This document shows, piece by piece, positions 12,214 to 25,150 of a DNA stretch of 64,000 nucleotides. Under the pieces are notes generated by a model, which ran no database searches, was not told the origin of the DNA, and saw only the letters and a list, made by a program, of their open reading frames with translations. How positions within the stretch are numbered: position 1 is the stretch's first letter; each line of letters begins with the position of its first letter. The position numbers and the translations under genes are program-made. Source of the stretch: Nemertoderma westbladi (Eukaryota > Animalia > Xenacoelomorpha); the NCBI GenBank assembly GCA_032718475.1, contig JAUCBJ010006444.1:1-64000 (forward strand), given 5' to 3'.

Positions 12214-13619
12214 TGTTCGCGGTATTTCAACTTTTCATAACGCGAGTTGAATATTTTTCGGATTTATTTATAATGAATATTCCAATATAAGTACTGGGTG
12301 CGGGAACCGGAACATGGAATTTGGGTTGATTCAATGGACTGGGGGTGATTTACGGGCGAATATTGGGGCGACTTACGGGGCACGGGACTCATATCAGATA
12401 TTTAAGGGCCAAGGGTGGGAGGCAAAATCAAGCAGTACTCCTATATCGGTTTACCTGATACTAATTAGGCCTAGCCAACTTCCTACTGGCTGTAGAGGTA
12501 GTTTTGGTAACCCGCTAGGCCTAGGGACAAGGACTGCCCTTAGCGGTTCCTGGCCAAAAGCAGTTATTACGAGTCTGAAAAGGATTCGGAAAGTCTGCTG
12601 ATTGCGTCAGGGATTTGCGACAGGAACTGACAGACAGATCCTTATCGGTCCCTGGTCACCGGCAGTTATTACGAGCCGGAAAGGGACTCGGAAAGCTTGC
12701 TGACTGCACCGGGGACTTGCGATGGATCGACCGACTAGGAGGAGGAAGGGTTTGACGAGGACTGCCTTCCTGGAGTGGGTGCCACGACCGGCGTTACTAC
12801 GAGCCTGAAAGGGACTCGGAAAGCTACCGACAGTTGGGACTCACAACGGGCTGACAGACCCCTAGCCAAGCCGTACCGGTTTCCTGATGACCGATCCCTT
12901 CGGGGTTCGGGAAGGGTGGGACGGACACACAACAGGGTCGAAAGACAAAGGACTGGACTCTACTGGCCTACTGACTATTCGGAGCAGCTTCTCGGCTACC
13001 GAAGCAACTACGAGCCTGAAAAGGATTCGGAAAGCTTAGGTGGTTGGGACCCTGTGATGAACCGACAGACCCCTAGCCAAGGCGTACCGCTTTCCTGATG
13101 ACCGATCCCTTCGGGGTTCGGGAAGGGTGGGACGGACACGCAACCGGGTCTACCGACTTGACCGACCCTTAGCCAAGCCGTACTGCTTTCCTGATGACCG
13201 ATCCCTTCGGGGTTCGGGAAGGGTGGGACGGACACGCAACAGGGTCGACCGACGCCGACACTACGGTACCGGGACTAGGACCGAGGGAAAATGGGGAACA
13301 TTAGTTAGGTTAAAATCTAAAGCGAACAGTGGGTAATTAATTAATGTACTGTAGGAATATATATGTTCGTGTATTATTGTGAATATTTGGTATATTGGTG
13401 TGGGGAAGCCCAAATTATTCTCAATCAGGATTCATTCAGAGTTTAGTTACATTAAAGATTATTTCCAACCAATGCAACTTTTTCTCGACTGCAATCTTGC
13501 ATCTCAGATAGGACTCCTTCTCCACTCCCAATATCCGGTGACTGGCCGGAATCCTGTGGTCTGAAAATTCCGCCTCCAGCATCGGCGTTTTCCCCATGGT
13601 GTCGGGAATAACGGTAACA
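12214..13619 (+). repeat. 3' LTR of the BEL element, containing two families of internal structured repeats
   Basis: Starts with TG just after the poly-G PPT. No partner LTR in the window, so the end is inferred from a terminal ACA and the shift to AT-rich sequence. Confidence 0.55.
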
Positions 13620-15406
13620 GGCAGGAAAAATAACTGCCTTCAAAAAGTAATAATTGTAAAATTGTATAATATTATTAGTGATTAGTATATAGGAGCCGCA
13701 TGTTATAAACAATAACACGAAGTATTCACTCCCGATATTCCAATTAATAATTATAAATTAAATATTTTAATAAAAAAAAGTTATTCAAGAACCTACCGTG
13801 GAATCAGTAGCTTCCGTGAAACATAGAAACTACAATAATATTGATAGGGTTGCCAAGCAACAACCATCTCTGTTTATTTTATTGTTTCTAGGGGAGATTA
13901 ATAACAATGAATAATTTGTAACACCTGGCCTGGTTGCCAAGTAACTGCTATAATACAAAAATTATTACTACATAACAAACTTCTGATTGCGAGATTGTTT
14001 CTTGTGCTGTTGATGTACCGTACCGCGTACTGGTACCGGTACTGCTGAGCATTGTCAAGACTGGAATCACGCTAAAGAGGTCCGCGGTTGTCTGGTTGTA
14101 GCAGCCCAGTAACCAGGCAGACTACTACTACCGGCAGACCGGATCTACACAATAATTGTGTGACAGTTCCCCACCCAGACTACCAGACAGCCAGACGGCA
14201 GACGGTACCGGTACTACACTAACTGCAGTTGCATTAATCATACTACTGTTGGACTGCTATACGTGCTATACATACAGTAATAGAGTCCTTTCGATTCCAG
14301 TACAGCAGTAGGCCTATTTAAGCAGTTCCAGAAATAGGTCGTTTAATGGAACCAAGTCCAGAAGTCTTGTCTAACATCCGCGCATCCATCTATCGTGTAG
14401 GCCTACCGCGGTAACTTACAGCTCAGCACAGTAGCTGTTCTGTTCAAAGCAGTTTACTTCACCTGACTTAAGAGGGAGACTATTCTGTTGCTGAATAACA
14501 AACTCCGTAGCCATCCCTCCACGTCCCACAATCCTGCAATCGACAGACTGAGTGATGCTCAAGAAACACCATGAGCTATGGCCATGAGAGGTTAGTTAGT
14601 TACCGGTACTTCAGTACTTAGTTTCGGTACTTTCGAATGAGGGCAAGAGTAGGGTTATTGTAGTATTGGGTTGTTTAGTTACTGTTTCTGGCAGTCTGGG
14701 CTTCAACCACCCACGCAGACGCCATTGTGATTTTGTTAAACAGGGTACTGCAGTACCAGCAACCTACCACACGGCAGTACCTGCTGCTGTAGGTATAATA
14801 TGTTAAACTGACATTCCTTGTGCAGTAATCGTGTACCTTGTAACGGATATTGTCTTGGGGTAGTGCCAGATCTTAATGACTGCGCACTCGAAACTAATCA
14901 TACATTATCGTCTATTAAATTGCATGTTGTATGAATTCAGGACCGGTACCCTATCATTTTTCTTCATTATTTTACTATTTAACTTTTTTTACTCTTAGTG
15001 TTATTAAAATTATACCCTCTCAACAGGGGAAAATCGGATCAAGTAACAGATAATTTATTACAAACAAATATGAAACAAACTAGAGATTGTCGCTTCAGTG
15101 TTTATTGTTTTCGTTAGAGTATTTTGCCGCTGTATCTTGCGCCTGACCCGTAATTTATAATTTAACATTGAGACGAGATATTAATTAAATTCAATAAAAT
15201 AAATATTACTATTGTTACAAAAATGTAATATACCGCCACGGGGCTAGTCGGACATCAGAGAAAATATTTTTCATTTAGTAGTATAAATGGAGTGCCAGAT
15301 TTAGTAACTTTGAATACAATTTTATTAACAAGTGTTGCGGAAGTTTGAAACGGGAGTTGAGTTTATGCCATTCATTCTAGTCATTTAATGCGGACTGCTT
15401 ACATTA

Positions 15407-18400
15407 TAGTCCAGGAGAAATGGGGTCGAACCATAAAGTAGGGTACGGACGCAATTTTTTTGGCTTAAATTATAGTATGGGGGCGGAGTAACACAAAACA
15501 GGCCATGAAAACTTCTGAGACCTTGAGCAATTTTTTTTATGCAACTTATTAATTGAGAGTTAACATTGCATTTTAAACTCTATTTCAGCAATATTTTTAC
15601 GTACATAGTCATAGTGGTCGGTATATGTGTTTGCACTGCCAGAATCTCTGCATGTCCAACATAGTTTACAGTTGTAAATTACAATCCTTGTTACTATAGC
15701 AACGGGCTTGAGGATAATATTGCAAGAATGACTGGACCTCCTCTACTCCAAATACAGGAGTATAGCTAACTAGATCGAGAATGATCAGCATTACAAAATC
15801 CTTGTCACCATAGCAACGGGTCATGATAACTGGTTTGTAGAAAATATGGCATATACTTTTCAATTATGAACAACCCATTTGGTCAACCCATTTGAATATG
15901 GAGTATCTGAGATGTGGTCTAGCAGTTTATATAGAAACATGAATATAATACGTCACAACGAGAGATTTGTGAACATAGTTTTGACCTGTTGTAAATGCTT
16001 TTTTGCCATTTTGTTTTGTTCTGTTTGATTATGTTTTTTTATCTTTATTTAATATAATTATATAATAACATAATAATAAATACATAAATGACAACAGTAT
16101 TATTTAATAATTGAAACTGCAGATTATAAAATTGCCTATTGATGTTTATCACTGCTTCTATATGTGTAATTATTGTGCATTTCTAGCTGAAGTGTAAGTA
16201 TTTCTAAGGATGTTGTATGATACTCCAACATTCATATTCAATTTCGGCGGAAATGACTTAATCTTTCCTCGAAAAAGAAGAACCTCTGGAGTGTTAGTTT
16301 GAAAGCATTTAATTCAGTTTTTGAAATTCGAGGTATAATCATTTCTGGTATGAAATTATTTTCCTTACTAATTTGGGCTAATTCAATGACCATCGTATGT
16401 GACTCTCTGCATCCATTAGGAGTGTAAACTTGGAGATCGAAATTATCGCACCAAGAATTTATCACCTTTGTGCCCACGAATCTATTGTTGCAATTGTAAT
16501 CTCCTTTGCTGCCAAACACGGCCGCAGATTTGCGGAAACGTAATACTTAGTCATAGCTTGTCATGTATCCACTTGAGTGCAACAGGTCAATCAGTTCTCT
16601 AGAACCAAAATGATGGTGAACTTGTAATGCCAAGCCTAGTGTAGTTTGATTATATATTTTAGCAATAAGGGATTAATTGTGAAATGCAAATTGACTCTTT
16701 ATAAATATTACCATACGAAACTTATCGTGATATATTAATGAGAGTAATGAACTGCTTGTGGATGATATCATGTTGTTGTATGATAATGTATTTGAATTAT
16801 TGTAGAACTTGCGATGAGATTCATCTTCAAGTTGCTTTATTTCAGACGTTATTTTTTGGACTAAGGAGTTAATATTACTGTTAATATTATTGGTTGAGGG
16901 ACGTTGATCTGCTTTCAGTGGAAATTGAAGCCTTGTTTTAAAACAAAGAACACTTGCACGCCTTCTGCATGCAGTACAAAAATCTTATCACCAAAATGAG
17001 CTTGAATTTTATTGATTAGATTTGTGCGTTGACTGCCTTGTAGAGCTGTGACGGTGTCTTCTTCTGTACCAAATGAATGGAGCGAAGATATACTGTATAT
17101 ATGCCGAATATCTCACTAGAATCCCAAATTTTAATTTGGTCTTTTTCAAGTTTCTCGACCATTTTTATGAAGGCCTTCTCGCTCGGTTTCTCCACCCTAA
17201 CATCTTTTTTTTCTTCTATATCTTATTTTTCTTCTCAAGGCCGCCATTGAGTTCCTTTTACCAGTGAAGGGTGAAGGCTTTATAGCAATCATTCTGAAAC
17301 TTCGCGCCACTTGTAATGACATCACCACAAACGGAACCTAAGCGAAATTCGACTTTTCCTGCAAGTTCATCTACTCGAAGCCCTCGTAATTTACATATTC
17401 GTAGGAGTTCATCTTGCACCTCGACCGTCTCACACTCAACTACTCTTCTCCATCGTCCGGTATTCTTTGGATATTTGTTGGAACATTTCTCACCGCAAAT
17501 AATACAACTCCTGTTAAAATCAAAGTTTTCACTGGATCGCAACAGTTTAGGAGCTTTGATACCATCACCACTTCCACTTTGAGATGGCATATTTTCGCAA
17601 TATTTTTCAATAAGAAATATCACAGAATTGTTCTAGAACAATAGTTTACAAACACATTACACAAAATTTTTTATTTAAAAACAAATATTTATTTTTCTGG
17701 AACATTTTTAAAAACACAATATTATTTATTATTATGCGTTAAATTGCGATGCAATAAATTGTGTGTTTTTCCATATTTAAAAAGTAACAATTAATAATTC
17801 ATAAATAAGACAAAAGAAAATATGATTTTTAAAACTACTAGCTAGTACAAAAATACTAGCCCATTACAATACCCTTGTAAAATACTACCACATTTCCAAA
17901 ACGTAACTGTTTGATGTAAAACATCTCTTTGTAAAGAAAAAAATGATATTTAAAATTTTGAAAAATAGCTATTTTTATTAAAAAGTGTAAAAAAATATTT
18001 TTTCTAGAAAAAGGTTTTATTTAGATAAATAGCTTAGCTTATATTAGAATATAGAATAGATCTAGAATATAATACTAGTTTTAGTAATATATTCTAGAAC
18101 ATTAAAAAAAAGTAGTGGAACATTAAAAAAAAGTTACTATAAATCCTGAAAAGTGAGCATATATACTATACTATAATGCCGTTAGTTAGAGGCACTACTG
18201 GAGGAAGGGCGATCTATACAGACAACACACTTCCCCCTATATGAAAATGATAATGGTTAAAACAAAAAATTACACACCATTCCCGTACCGGTAGTGTATT
18301 TTAAGTATTAATTTTCAGTGACAATTACTGCTTACTATTAAACTTACACTATAAAACTACTCTGGAACATCAGTTTCTATCACAATTGCTCTCAAAACGG

Positions 18401-18598
18401 CATTAACAAAGTTCTTGTTGCTCTGAGCGAAAGTGCACACTTAAAATTCCAATAAAAAAAATTGCTCAAACTAATTGTTCCGGAAATCGCTCGATTTCGT
18501 ATTGGGACATTACAAACTATCATTCAAAGAAAAAAAATTGCGTCCGTACGCTACTTTAAGGTTGTTGTATTAGGTGACTAAGGGCGTCTCCTGGACTA
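15407..18598 (-). mobile_element. Academ-like DNA transposon, internally deleted
   Basis: TIR TAGTCCAGGAGA / TCTCCTGGACTA with TA on both flanks. Sub-terminal IR AAAGTAG.GTACGGACGCAATTTTTTT. Transposase remnants inside. Confidence 0.75.
16238..17590 (-). pseudogene. Academ-type transposase fragments
   Basis: CIICG...GAKFQNDCYKAF, LGLALQVHHHFGSRELIDLLHSSGY.TSYD.VLRF and WCDNFDLQVYTPNGCRESHTM resemble Academ transposase N-terminal and first catalytic-D blocks (recalled consensus). Confidence 0.65.
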
Positions 18599-19019
18599 TA
18601 GTAAGTTATTCCATGTTGCCCAGTTTACTGCCAATAATGGGGTAGCCCGTATTTTATTCAGATAAGAGTGTGTAAACGCTACGTCGACAACTGACAGCAG
18701 ACAAGCCGCCCCGTGTGAAGTATAGCAGGTTTTCACTTTTCGTTCGGAATTTGTTTGAAATTTTATGAAGAAGAATTTTTCTTTTTTTTAATTTATCCTT
18801 GTCAAGTGTATCCTTACGCCCATGTGAAGAATACCAGAATTTCACTTTTCGGTCGACTTTTTATTGGAATTTTATATATGAAGATTTTTTATTTTTTTTA
18901 ATTTATATTTATTAAGTGATTTATCACGCTTGTTTCTGTCTTACAACCTGTACATATACTAATTCGTTTATTGTTTTGGTTAGATTCAGCTTTCTCTAAC
19001 CTGTGTTTTTGGTGAAAAA

Positions 19020-19355
19020 CTGGTATTTTCACATGGGGGTAACTGCAAAGTGAAATATAATGGCAGAAAGTCTGGTATTCTTCACATGGGGGTAACTGCC
19101 AAGTTAAATATAACGGCAGAAAGTCTGGTATTCTTCACATGGGGGTAACTGCCAAGTTAAATATAACGGCAGAAAGTCCGGTATTCTTCACATGGGGGTA
19201 ACTGCAAAGTTAAATATAACGGCAGAAAGTCTGGTATTCTTCACATGGGGGTAACTGCCAAGTTAAATATAACGGCAGAAAGTCCGGTATTCTTCACATG
19301 GGGGTAACTGCCAAGTTAAATATAACGGCAGAAAGTCCGGTATTCTTCACATGGG
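19020..19355. repeat. 53-bp minisatellite, about 6 copies
   Basis: Unit GGTATTCTTCACATGGGGGTAACTGCCAAGTTAAATATAACGGCAGAAAGTCY; period 53 (19081 to 19134). Confidence 0.92.
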
Positions 19356-20310
19356 CCTATCCTTATATTTATAATTTATCCTTATAATAAAACACAGATT
19401 ATAAGGTCGTCAAGTTATAACCTGTACAGCTCTAATTCGTTTATTGTTTTGGTTATTTTCAGCCTTCTGTAATTGAATACCTAGTATTATTGGGTAAATT
19501 GCAAAGTGAAATATATCAACAGAAAATCTGGTATACTTCACATGGGCCAGACTATCACTGTCGATAACCGTTATTACGAACAAAAAACTGTAACCTTTCT
19601 CTTGACTCTCGTTTATTGTTTTGGTTAGAATAATTCGCCACTTTAACCTGCTCCTTTTCCTTACACTCCTGTCGGTTCATGTAATACTTACTGCTGTTTT
19701 CGGTTGCAGATTAAACCAAAAAGGAAATTGATTGTATTGCATTAGTCGTATATAGTTATAATCTTATCAATTTCTCCCCATAACATATTATCAGAAAATT
19801 CCATGTTGGGGCCGTAAACTGTATATTCCATTATTGTGATCAGGTATTTGAGTTATTTAGGTATTCCCAGCCGTATTCCTCAGACACACACTACTTTCAA
19901 CCTATTGCGCTGTGGCCTGCCATGCTTTGGTTACTGTCATTTTCAACTATTATTTACTATGATTCTATCAGTAGCAATCACACAAATATATTCCATTTGC
20001 TCCTGTTGCCTTACCTATAATCGTTGTTATATCTCAGAGTGCATGGCGTTAGTATACTCGGTACTACTGCTTGCAGTAAACTTGTTAGTTCCACTCTTCC
20101 CGAATTCTCGGAATTTATTTTTTTATTATCAATTATGACTCACTGGTGGGAAACTAACATAAGCGCAGGGGGGGGGGGGGGGGGGGGGTGGTGGTGGTCA
20201 GTACTCAGTATCGCAGTCAGCACTTCCAAACACCGGCCATGATAATGACTACAAACCATTGATTATGGACAGTGAGACATAAATATTAGTAATAAGATAT
20301 AAAGACCAAT

Positions 20311-22026
20311 TATTGTGGGGCGAGCCACGAAGTTGGCGGAGCCTTAGCGAATTGACACTGTTAGGGGGTGGGTCAATTTATGCAAATAGTTGTCGTCGTC
20401 GTCGTCGTCGTTGTCGTCGTCGTCGTCGTCGTTGTCGTCGTCGTCGTCGTTACGATTTTGACATGCTAATAACTTTGTCGGATTTAAAGCTGCCAAGTTG
20501 AAAATTTGTAGGTATCAATATGAGCAAAAGTTGAGATTTTTGAGAGACTTTCAGACACCATCAGTGCAATGGTCTCCCGCTAGAGGGCCACATGTCTAAA
20601 CATTAAATACCCTCCCATTTCTTTGCTTTTAATCCGTTTAAGCTGAAACTTGGCAGATATGTATTAGACCATTAGCTGTGACTTTCAAAGGAGGCGAATC
20701 CATCTGCAGTTCTCCAGTCTGCCGCTAGAGGGCCAAAGGTCTGAAAGTGAAATCGTTGTCGTCGTTACGATTTTGACATGCTAATAACTTTGTCGGATTT
20801 AAAGCTGCCAAGTTGAAAATTTGTAGGTATCAATATGAGCTAAAGTTGAGACGTTTGATAGACTTTCAGACACCATCAGAGCAATAGTCTCCTGCTAGAG
20901 GGCCACATGTCTAAACGTTAAATGTCCTCCCATTTCTTTGCTTTTAATCCATTTATGCTGAAATTTGGCAGATATGTACTAGACCATTAGCTGTGACTTT
21001 GAAAGAAGGAATTGAATTGAATTGAATTGAAGGCTAATCCGTGTGCAGTTCTTCAGTCTGCCGCTAGAGGGCGAAATGTTTGAAAGTGAAATCTTTCTCC
21101 CATCTCGTTATTTATGATCCGTTCAAGCTGAAACGTAGCAGATATGTAGTAGAAGTCGGCCTGAGTCTTTGGTGGGCAGTAAACGGTCTGGAGTCCTCCA
21201 GTCTGCCGCTAGAGGGCGAAATGTATAACTGTCCCCAATTCCTTGATATTAATTTATTTAAAGTGAATATTGGCATATGTACTAGATCACATGCTGCGTC
21301 TTTCTGAGGAAGGTGGTCGATCTGCATTTCTCCAGTCTGCCGCTAGAGGTAAGCGGAAATTCAAGACGCTGGTCACACTACTAAACGCATTATTTCAACA
21401 TTCTCAAATATACGCTCCATAAATATTTCACGTTACTATTTTATTGATAATCAAGATATAAACCAAGCGGAATTGGGGTGTAAACGTTAAGCAGACACCT
21501 GGTGCAGACAACTGGTGCAGACACCTGGTGCAGACACCTGGTGCAGACACCTGGTGCAGACACCTGGTGCAGACAGTTAGGCAGACCGGTACTGAAATGA
21601 ATTACACAATAGCCTACATTCGCAGAAAAGCCTTTCTAGAATTATCACTTATGACTACTTATTTGCGTGCATTTTTCACTGGGATTGGCTGCGTGCGTGT
21701 CTAGCGTCGTCTCTTTGATTACGTTGAACCATTGGCAATATACAGAATGTTTTGATTGGACCTATAGGACTAGGAACTTTGCGTGGAAGAATATAATGGT
21801 AGAAATCATAACAAATAATACTCATATAACTTATATTTCGGCAGTTCTTTTAAATATGTAAACCTCTACCGGACTGCTGATTCATATACATTCCTAACAT
21901 TCCACACCACATTCCAATAATATCCTAATACAGTAATACTTTCGAATTAGTACTTAAATTAAATTTAAGTCACGTGCTGCGCGAAGGCCCCACTTCGTGT
22001 CGTTTTATAGGTCCAACAGAGCTAGT
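20311..22026 (+). mobile_element. Helentron/DINE-1-like non-autonomous element (HINE)
   Basis: 5' TTGTGGGGCGAGCC with an inverted GGCCCCAC near the 3' end, a (GTC)n microsatellite, an internal ~315-bp tandem duplication, a 13-bp repeat GCAGACACCTGGT x6, and a CTAGT end. The same 5' motif occurs at ~520 (+) and ~2230-2245 (-). Confidence 0.55.
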
Positions 22027-22228
22027 CTCTTTGTTGTAATCCGACTGATAATGAAAAGTAAAGCGTGAACTTTGGCTACCAGAGGGGTTTTGTCTTGTGG
22101 GTGGTTGTTTTGTTGGTTGTGTATCACTGGACCCTAACTGATACTATAAGTATAACGGATATGATTAATGTTTTATTGGTTGTGTATCACTGGACCCTAA
22201 CTGATACTATAAGTATAACGGATATGAT

Positions 22229-22756
22229 GATTTGGAAGTCACCGAGAATTAATCGGAAACTTAAGGTCCAATTATTTAGAGCAGCAGTAGTTCCAGTACT
22301 CCTCTACGGGAGTCCATGCTGGGCTCTAACTGCTGAGGACACCAAATCTCTGGATGGCACATTCACAAGAATGCTACTCCGGGTTCATTGTGTTAAGTAC
22401 AATGCACACATCTCCAACCAGACACTATATAACGTTGGAGGTGTCTCATTGGTTCCCCCAAGCTTGACACTAGAACAAAATCGCCTCCGCTTTGCAGGAC
22501 ATTGCTTTCGCCGTGAGGACCAGCCAGTGCATAATCTTGTACTTTGGCAGCCTCATGGAGTGAATAAGCATGGTGGACAGCCCATGACTTTCTTGAGACG
22601 CATCTTAAAGGACACTGGCCTTAAAGATGCGGATGATCTAGCAAATGTCATGGGTGATAGGGAGTTGTGGCGGTGCAATTTTGTTGACAAGCCGGCACAG
22701 CATTCTTAAAAATGCAGCTGCAATGCAGCATGCCGATCCTAGTAGTAGTAGTAGTT
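22229..22756 (+). mobile_element. RTE-clade LINE 3' fragment (copy 1)
   Basis: IWKSPRINRKLKVQLFRAAVVPVLLYGS..RLRFAGHCFR..DRELWR, short 3' UTR and (AGT)n tail. Confidence 0.88.
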
Positions 22757-22830
22757 GATGTTCAGGTGGGATCGAACTGGTGACCTCCGGGTTGGAAGTC
22801 TGACGCTCTAACCCATGAGCTAGCGGCTCA
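22757..22830 (-). mobile_element. tRNA-derived SINE head or tRNA pseudogene
   Basis: Minus strand shows A-box-like TAGCTCATGGGTTAGAGCG and B-box-like AGTTCGATCCC. Stems are imperfect. Confidence 0.55.
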
Positions 22831-23150
22831 GGTAGGCTTGGGAATACTACCTGATACCTTGTATGTCCGTAATTCACGTCCTCATGGCATCCCGCCTGTC
22901 AATATGAATAACCTCCATCCACGGTGCTCGGCCATGATGTACTTCTTATGTAATATCTTAATTTTCTTATATTGAGAATATTACGTTTGATTGTAATCTA
23001 TTAAATATGTTTTAATCATATTTGTTTCTTCTCTGTTTTCGAAAAATTATAATTAATATCGTTTAATGATGCGCCTTCCTAACCAAAACAATAAACTGGT
23101 TATCTGTTTCTAATTAACGGTTTCCGGATGGTTGTCTGCTGTCTTCACAA

Positions 23151-23440
23151 TACTACTACTACTAGGATCGGCATGCTGCATTGCAGCTGCATTTTTAAGA
23201 ATGCTGTGCCGGCTTATCGACAAAATTGCACCGCCACAACTCCCTATCACCCATGACATTTGCTAGATCATCCGCATCTTCAAGGCCAGTGTCCTTTAAG
23301 ATGCGTCTCAAGAAAGTCATGGGCTGTCCACCATGCTTATTCACTCCATGAGGCTGCCAAAGTACAAGATTATGCACTGACTGGTCCTCACGGCGAAAGC
23401 AATGTCCTGCAAAGCGGAGGCGATTTTGTTCTAGTGTCAA
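23151..23440 (-). mobile_element. RTE-clade LINE 3' fragment (copy 2)
   Basis: Near-identical to the 3' end of copy 1; tail reads (ACT)n on the + strand. Confidence 0.88.
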
Positions 23441-23752
23441 CATCGGAAGTCTTCACACCGTTTACCTGTTAATATGGAGATAAAGATATATAATACCAAG
23501 AAGCCAGTTAGCACCATCTACCTCATGGCGCCCAGCCCATATAATATATGGAAGTATGCTAGGAATTACCAATTGAATATACAATTGGTTATAAAAGAAT
23601 TAAGAAATTCAATCTATATTATTATTTTTTACATTGTCCATTTCTTTTCATAAATCGTAATAAGGTTTATCGTGTCAAGTTTGTTATTTTAAAGTTTACA
23701 CTGTAACTAATCACGTTCAACTATTCCGATTTAATATTTATTTGTTATACAG

Positions 23753-23877
23753 GAACAAGAGGAGTGCAGCAACAAGGATTACCCGGATGGTTACATCCAG
23801 GAAATTAAAGCCATAGCCATTCAACTTTATCCCGACAATGTTACGGAGCGGACAGAGAGGTTGAAGTTCTTGGACAG
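23753..23877 (+). CDS. DAAM: DAAM formin exon (GTPase-binding domain region)
   Basis: ttatacAG|GAACAA...GACAG|GTagat encodes EQEECSNKDYPDGYIQEIKAIAIQLYPDNVTERTERLKFLD(S). Its phase-2 end joins exon 51345 to give ..[13 protein letters not shown], matching DAAM ..WPEFYIDQL...[13 protein letters not shown]. Confidence 0.8.
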
Positions 23878-24329
23878 GTAGATCTATTAGCAACTAAATG
23901 TTTCCATGTTACAATGACAATTAATTAAATCATTAGTTTGGTGCCCAATGTTCGACATTTAGTATGACACCGACACGGCTGCGTTCTCGCTGTAGGTTAC
24001 CTAGAACATATGCTCGGTAGTTTTATTCTATTAAACACATCTGCCTGCAGATACAAAGTCAGGAATTATTTCTGCATATTGATATTGAACATATTAGCAA
24101 AATGGATTTTTCATAGCTACAAGGTTACAATGGAAAATTTGTTATCCCAAAAATGGACCCTTTGTAGTGCGTATAGTGTTGAATCGGGATCCGGTGAAAA
24201 TTAAAATTTTTCTGGAACGAGATCCTGAAGTATAAACAGTGAAGATAATAAATTGTTTGAAACACCGATGTATATTAGTAATTTTATTTAATTAGTAATT
24301 GGCGTGGCCCTTAAACTTAAAAGAAAATT

Positions 24330-24750
24330 ATTCATGTTTCATAGACTATGAAAAAGCATACGATAATGTAGATCGGGGTAAATTATTCGAGCGTCTAATT
24401 TCAGTCAGTTGTGGAAGTCGATTTCTTCAGGCCTTGGCGAAAATCATGTGCCCAACTACAAATATTCTTGGTGATTGTTCATTTGATAGTACAGCGGGTG
24501 TCGGCCAAGGTCGTCCTTCAAGTTGTCCATTGTTCTGTGCTCATATTGATCCAGTTATAGAAGACATAGCTAAGCACTTGGTGAAGACGATTGGCTAAAA
24601 ACACTCCACATATTACTATTAATGGACGATACTGCAGTATTAGCTACCAGTCGCCACTCACTGATACTTAAAGTAACAAAACTGAAGAAAAGATGTGACG
24701 AAATCGGAATGATTTTACACCCAACCAAATCAAGATTTATAAAAGTTACA
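24330..24750 (+). pseudogene. Degenerate non-LTR RT fragment (different family)
   Basis: FIDYEKAYDNVDR, GVGQGRPSSCPLF and LLMDDTAVLA motifs. Confidence 0.7.
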
Positions 24751-24947
24751 CCCTATCGGTATTTTGATGCCCTGATTACGAAAATCAAGTCAGTTTTTGT
24801 CAAAAATATCTCCAAGTCAAGATACTGGGCAAAATTGACATTCTTCGGCTGGCGGAAAGTTGGGAAACTTTGACAAGCTAATCCCGACGACCTAAAAAAC
24901 CAACTAAACCTTTTATAATACGCTTCATTGGCCACTCTCAACGCGCT

Positions 24948-25150
24948 AACTACTAGGACTACTACTACTACTAGGATCGGCATGCTGCATTGCAGCTGCA
25001 TTTTTAAGAATGCTGTGCCGGCTTGTCAACAAAATTGCACCGCCACAACTCCCTATCACCCATGACATTTGCTAGATCATCCGCATCTTTAAGGCCAGTG
25101 TCCTTTAAGATGCGTCTCAAGAAAGTCATGGGCTGTCCACCATGCTTATT
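24948..25150 (-). mobile_element. RTE-clade LINE 3' fragment (copy 3)
   Basis: Same 3' terminus as copies 1 and 2, with (ACT)n tail on the + strand. Confidence 0.88.

Larger units (their letters stand above)
4098..13619 (+). mobile_element. BEL/Pao LTR retrotransposon, 5'-truncated (no gag or 5' LTR), with long 3' accessory region
   Basis: PR-RT-RH-IN order with BEL-type motifs, G-rich PPT at ~12192-12212, then TGTTCGCGG LTR start. The 3' boundary (..GGTAACA, 13619) is tentative. Confidence 0.85.

Noticed and set aside
13990-14900. Moderately GC-rich stretch as a possible DAAM upstream exon or promoter
   Set aside because: No ORF matching the DAAM N-terminus (e.g. LPAEKKWQIY) and no convincing splice-site pair found.
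22757-22830. Functional tRNA gene
   Set aside because: Acceptor, anticodon and T stems do not pair cleanly; more consistent with a SINE head.
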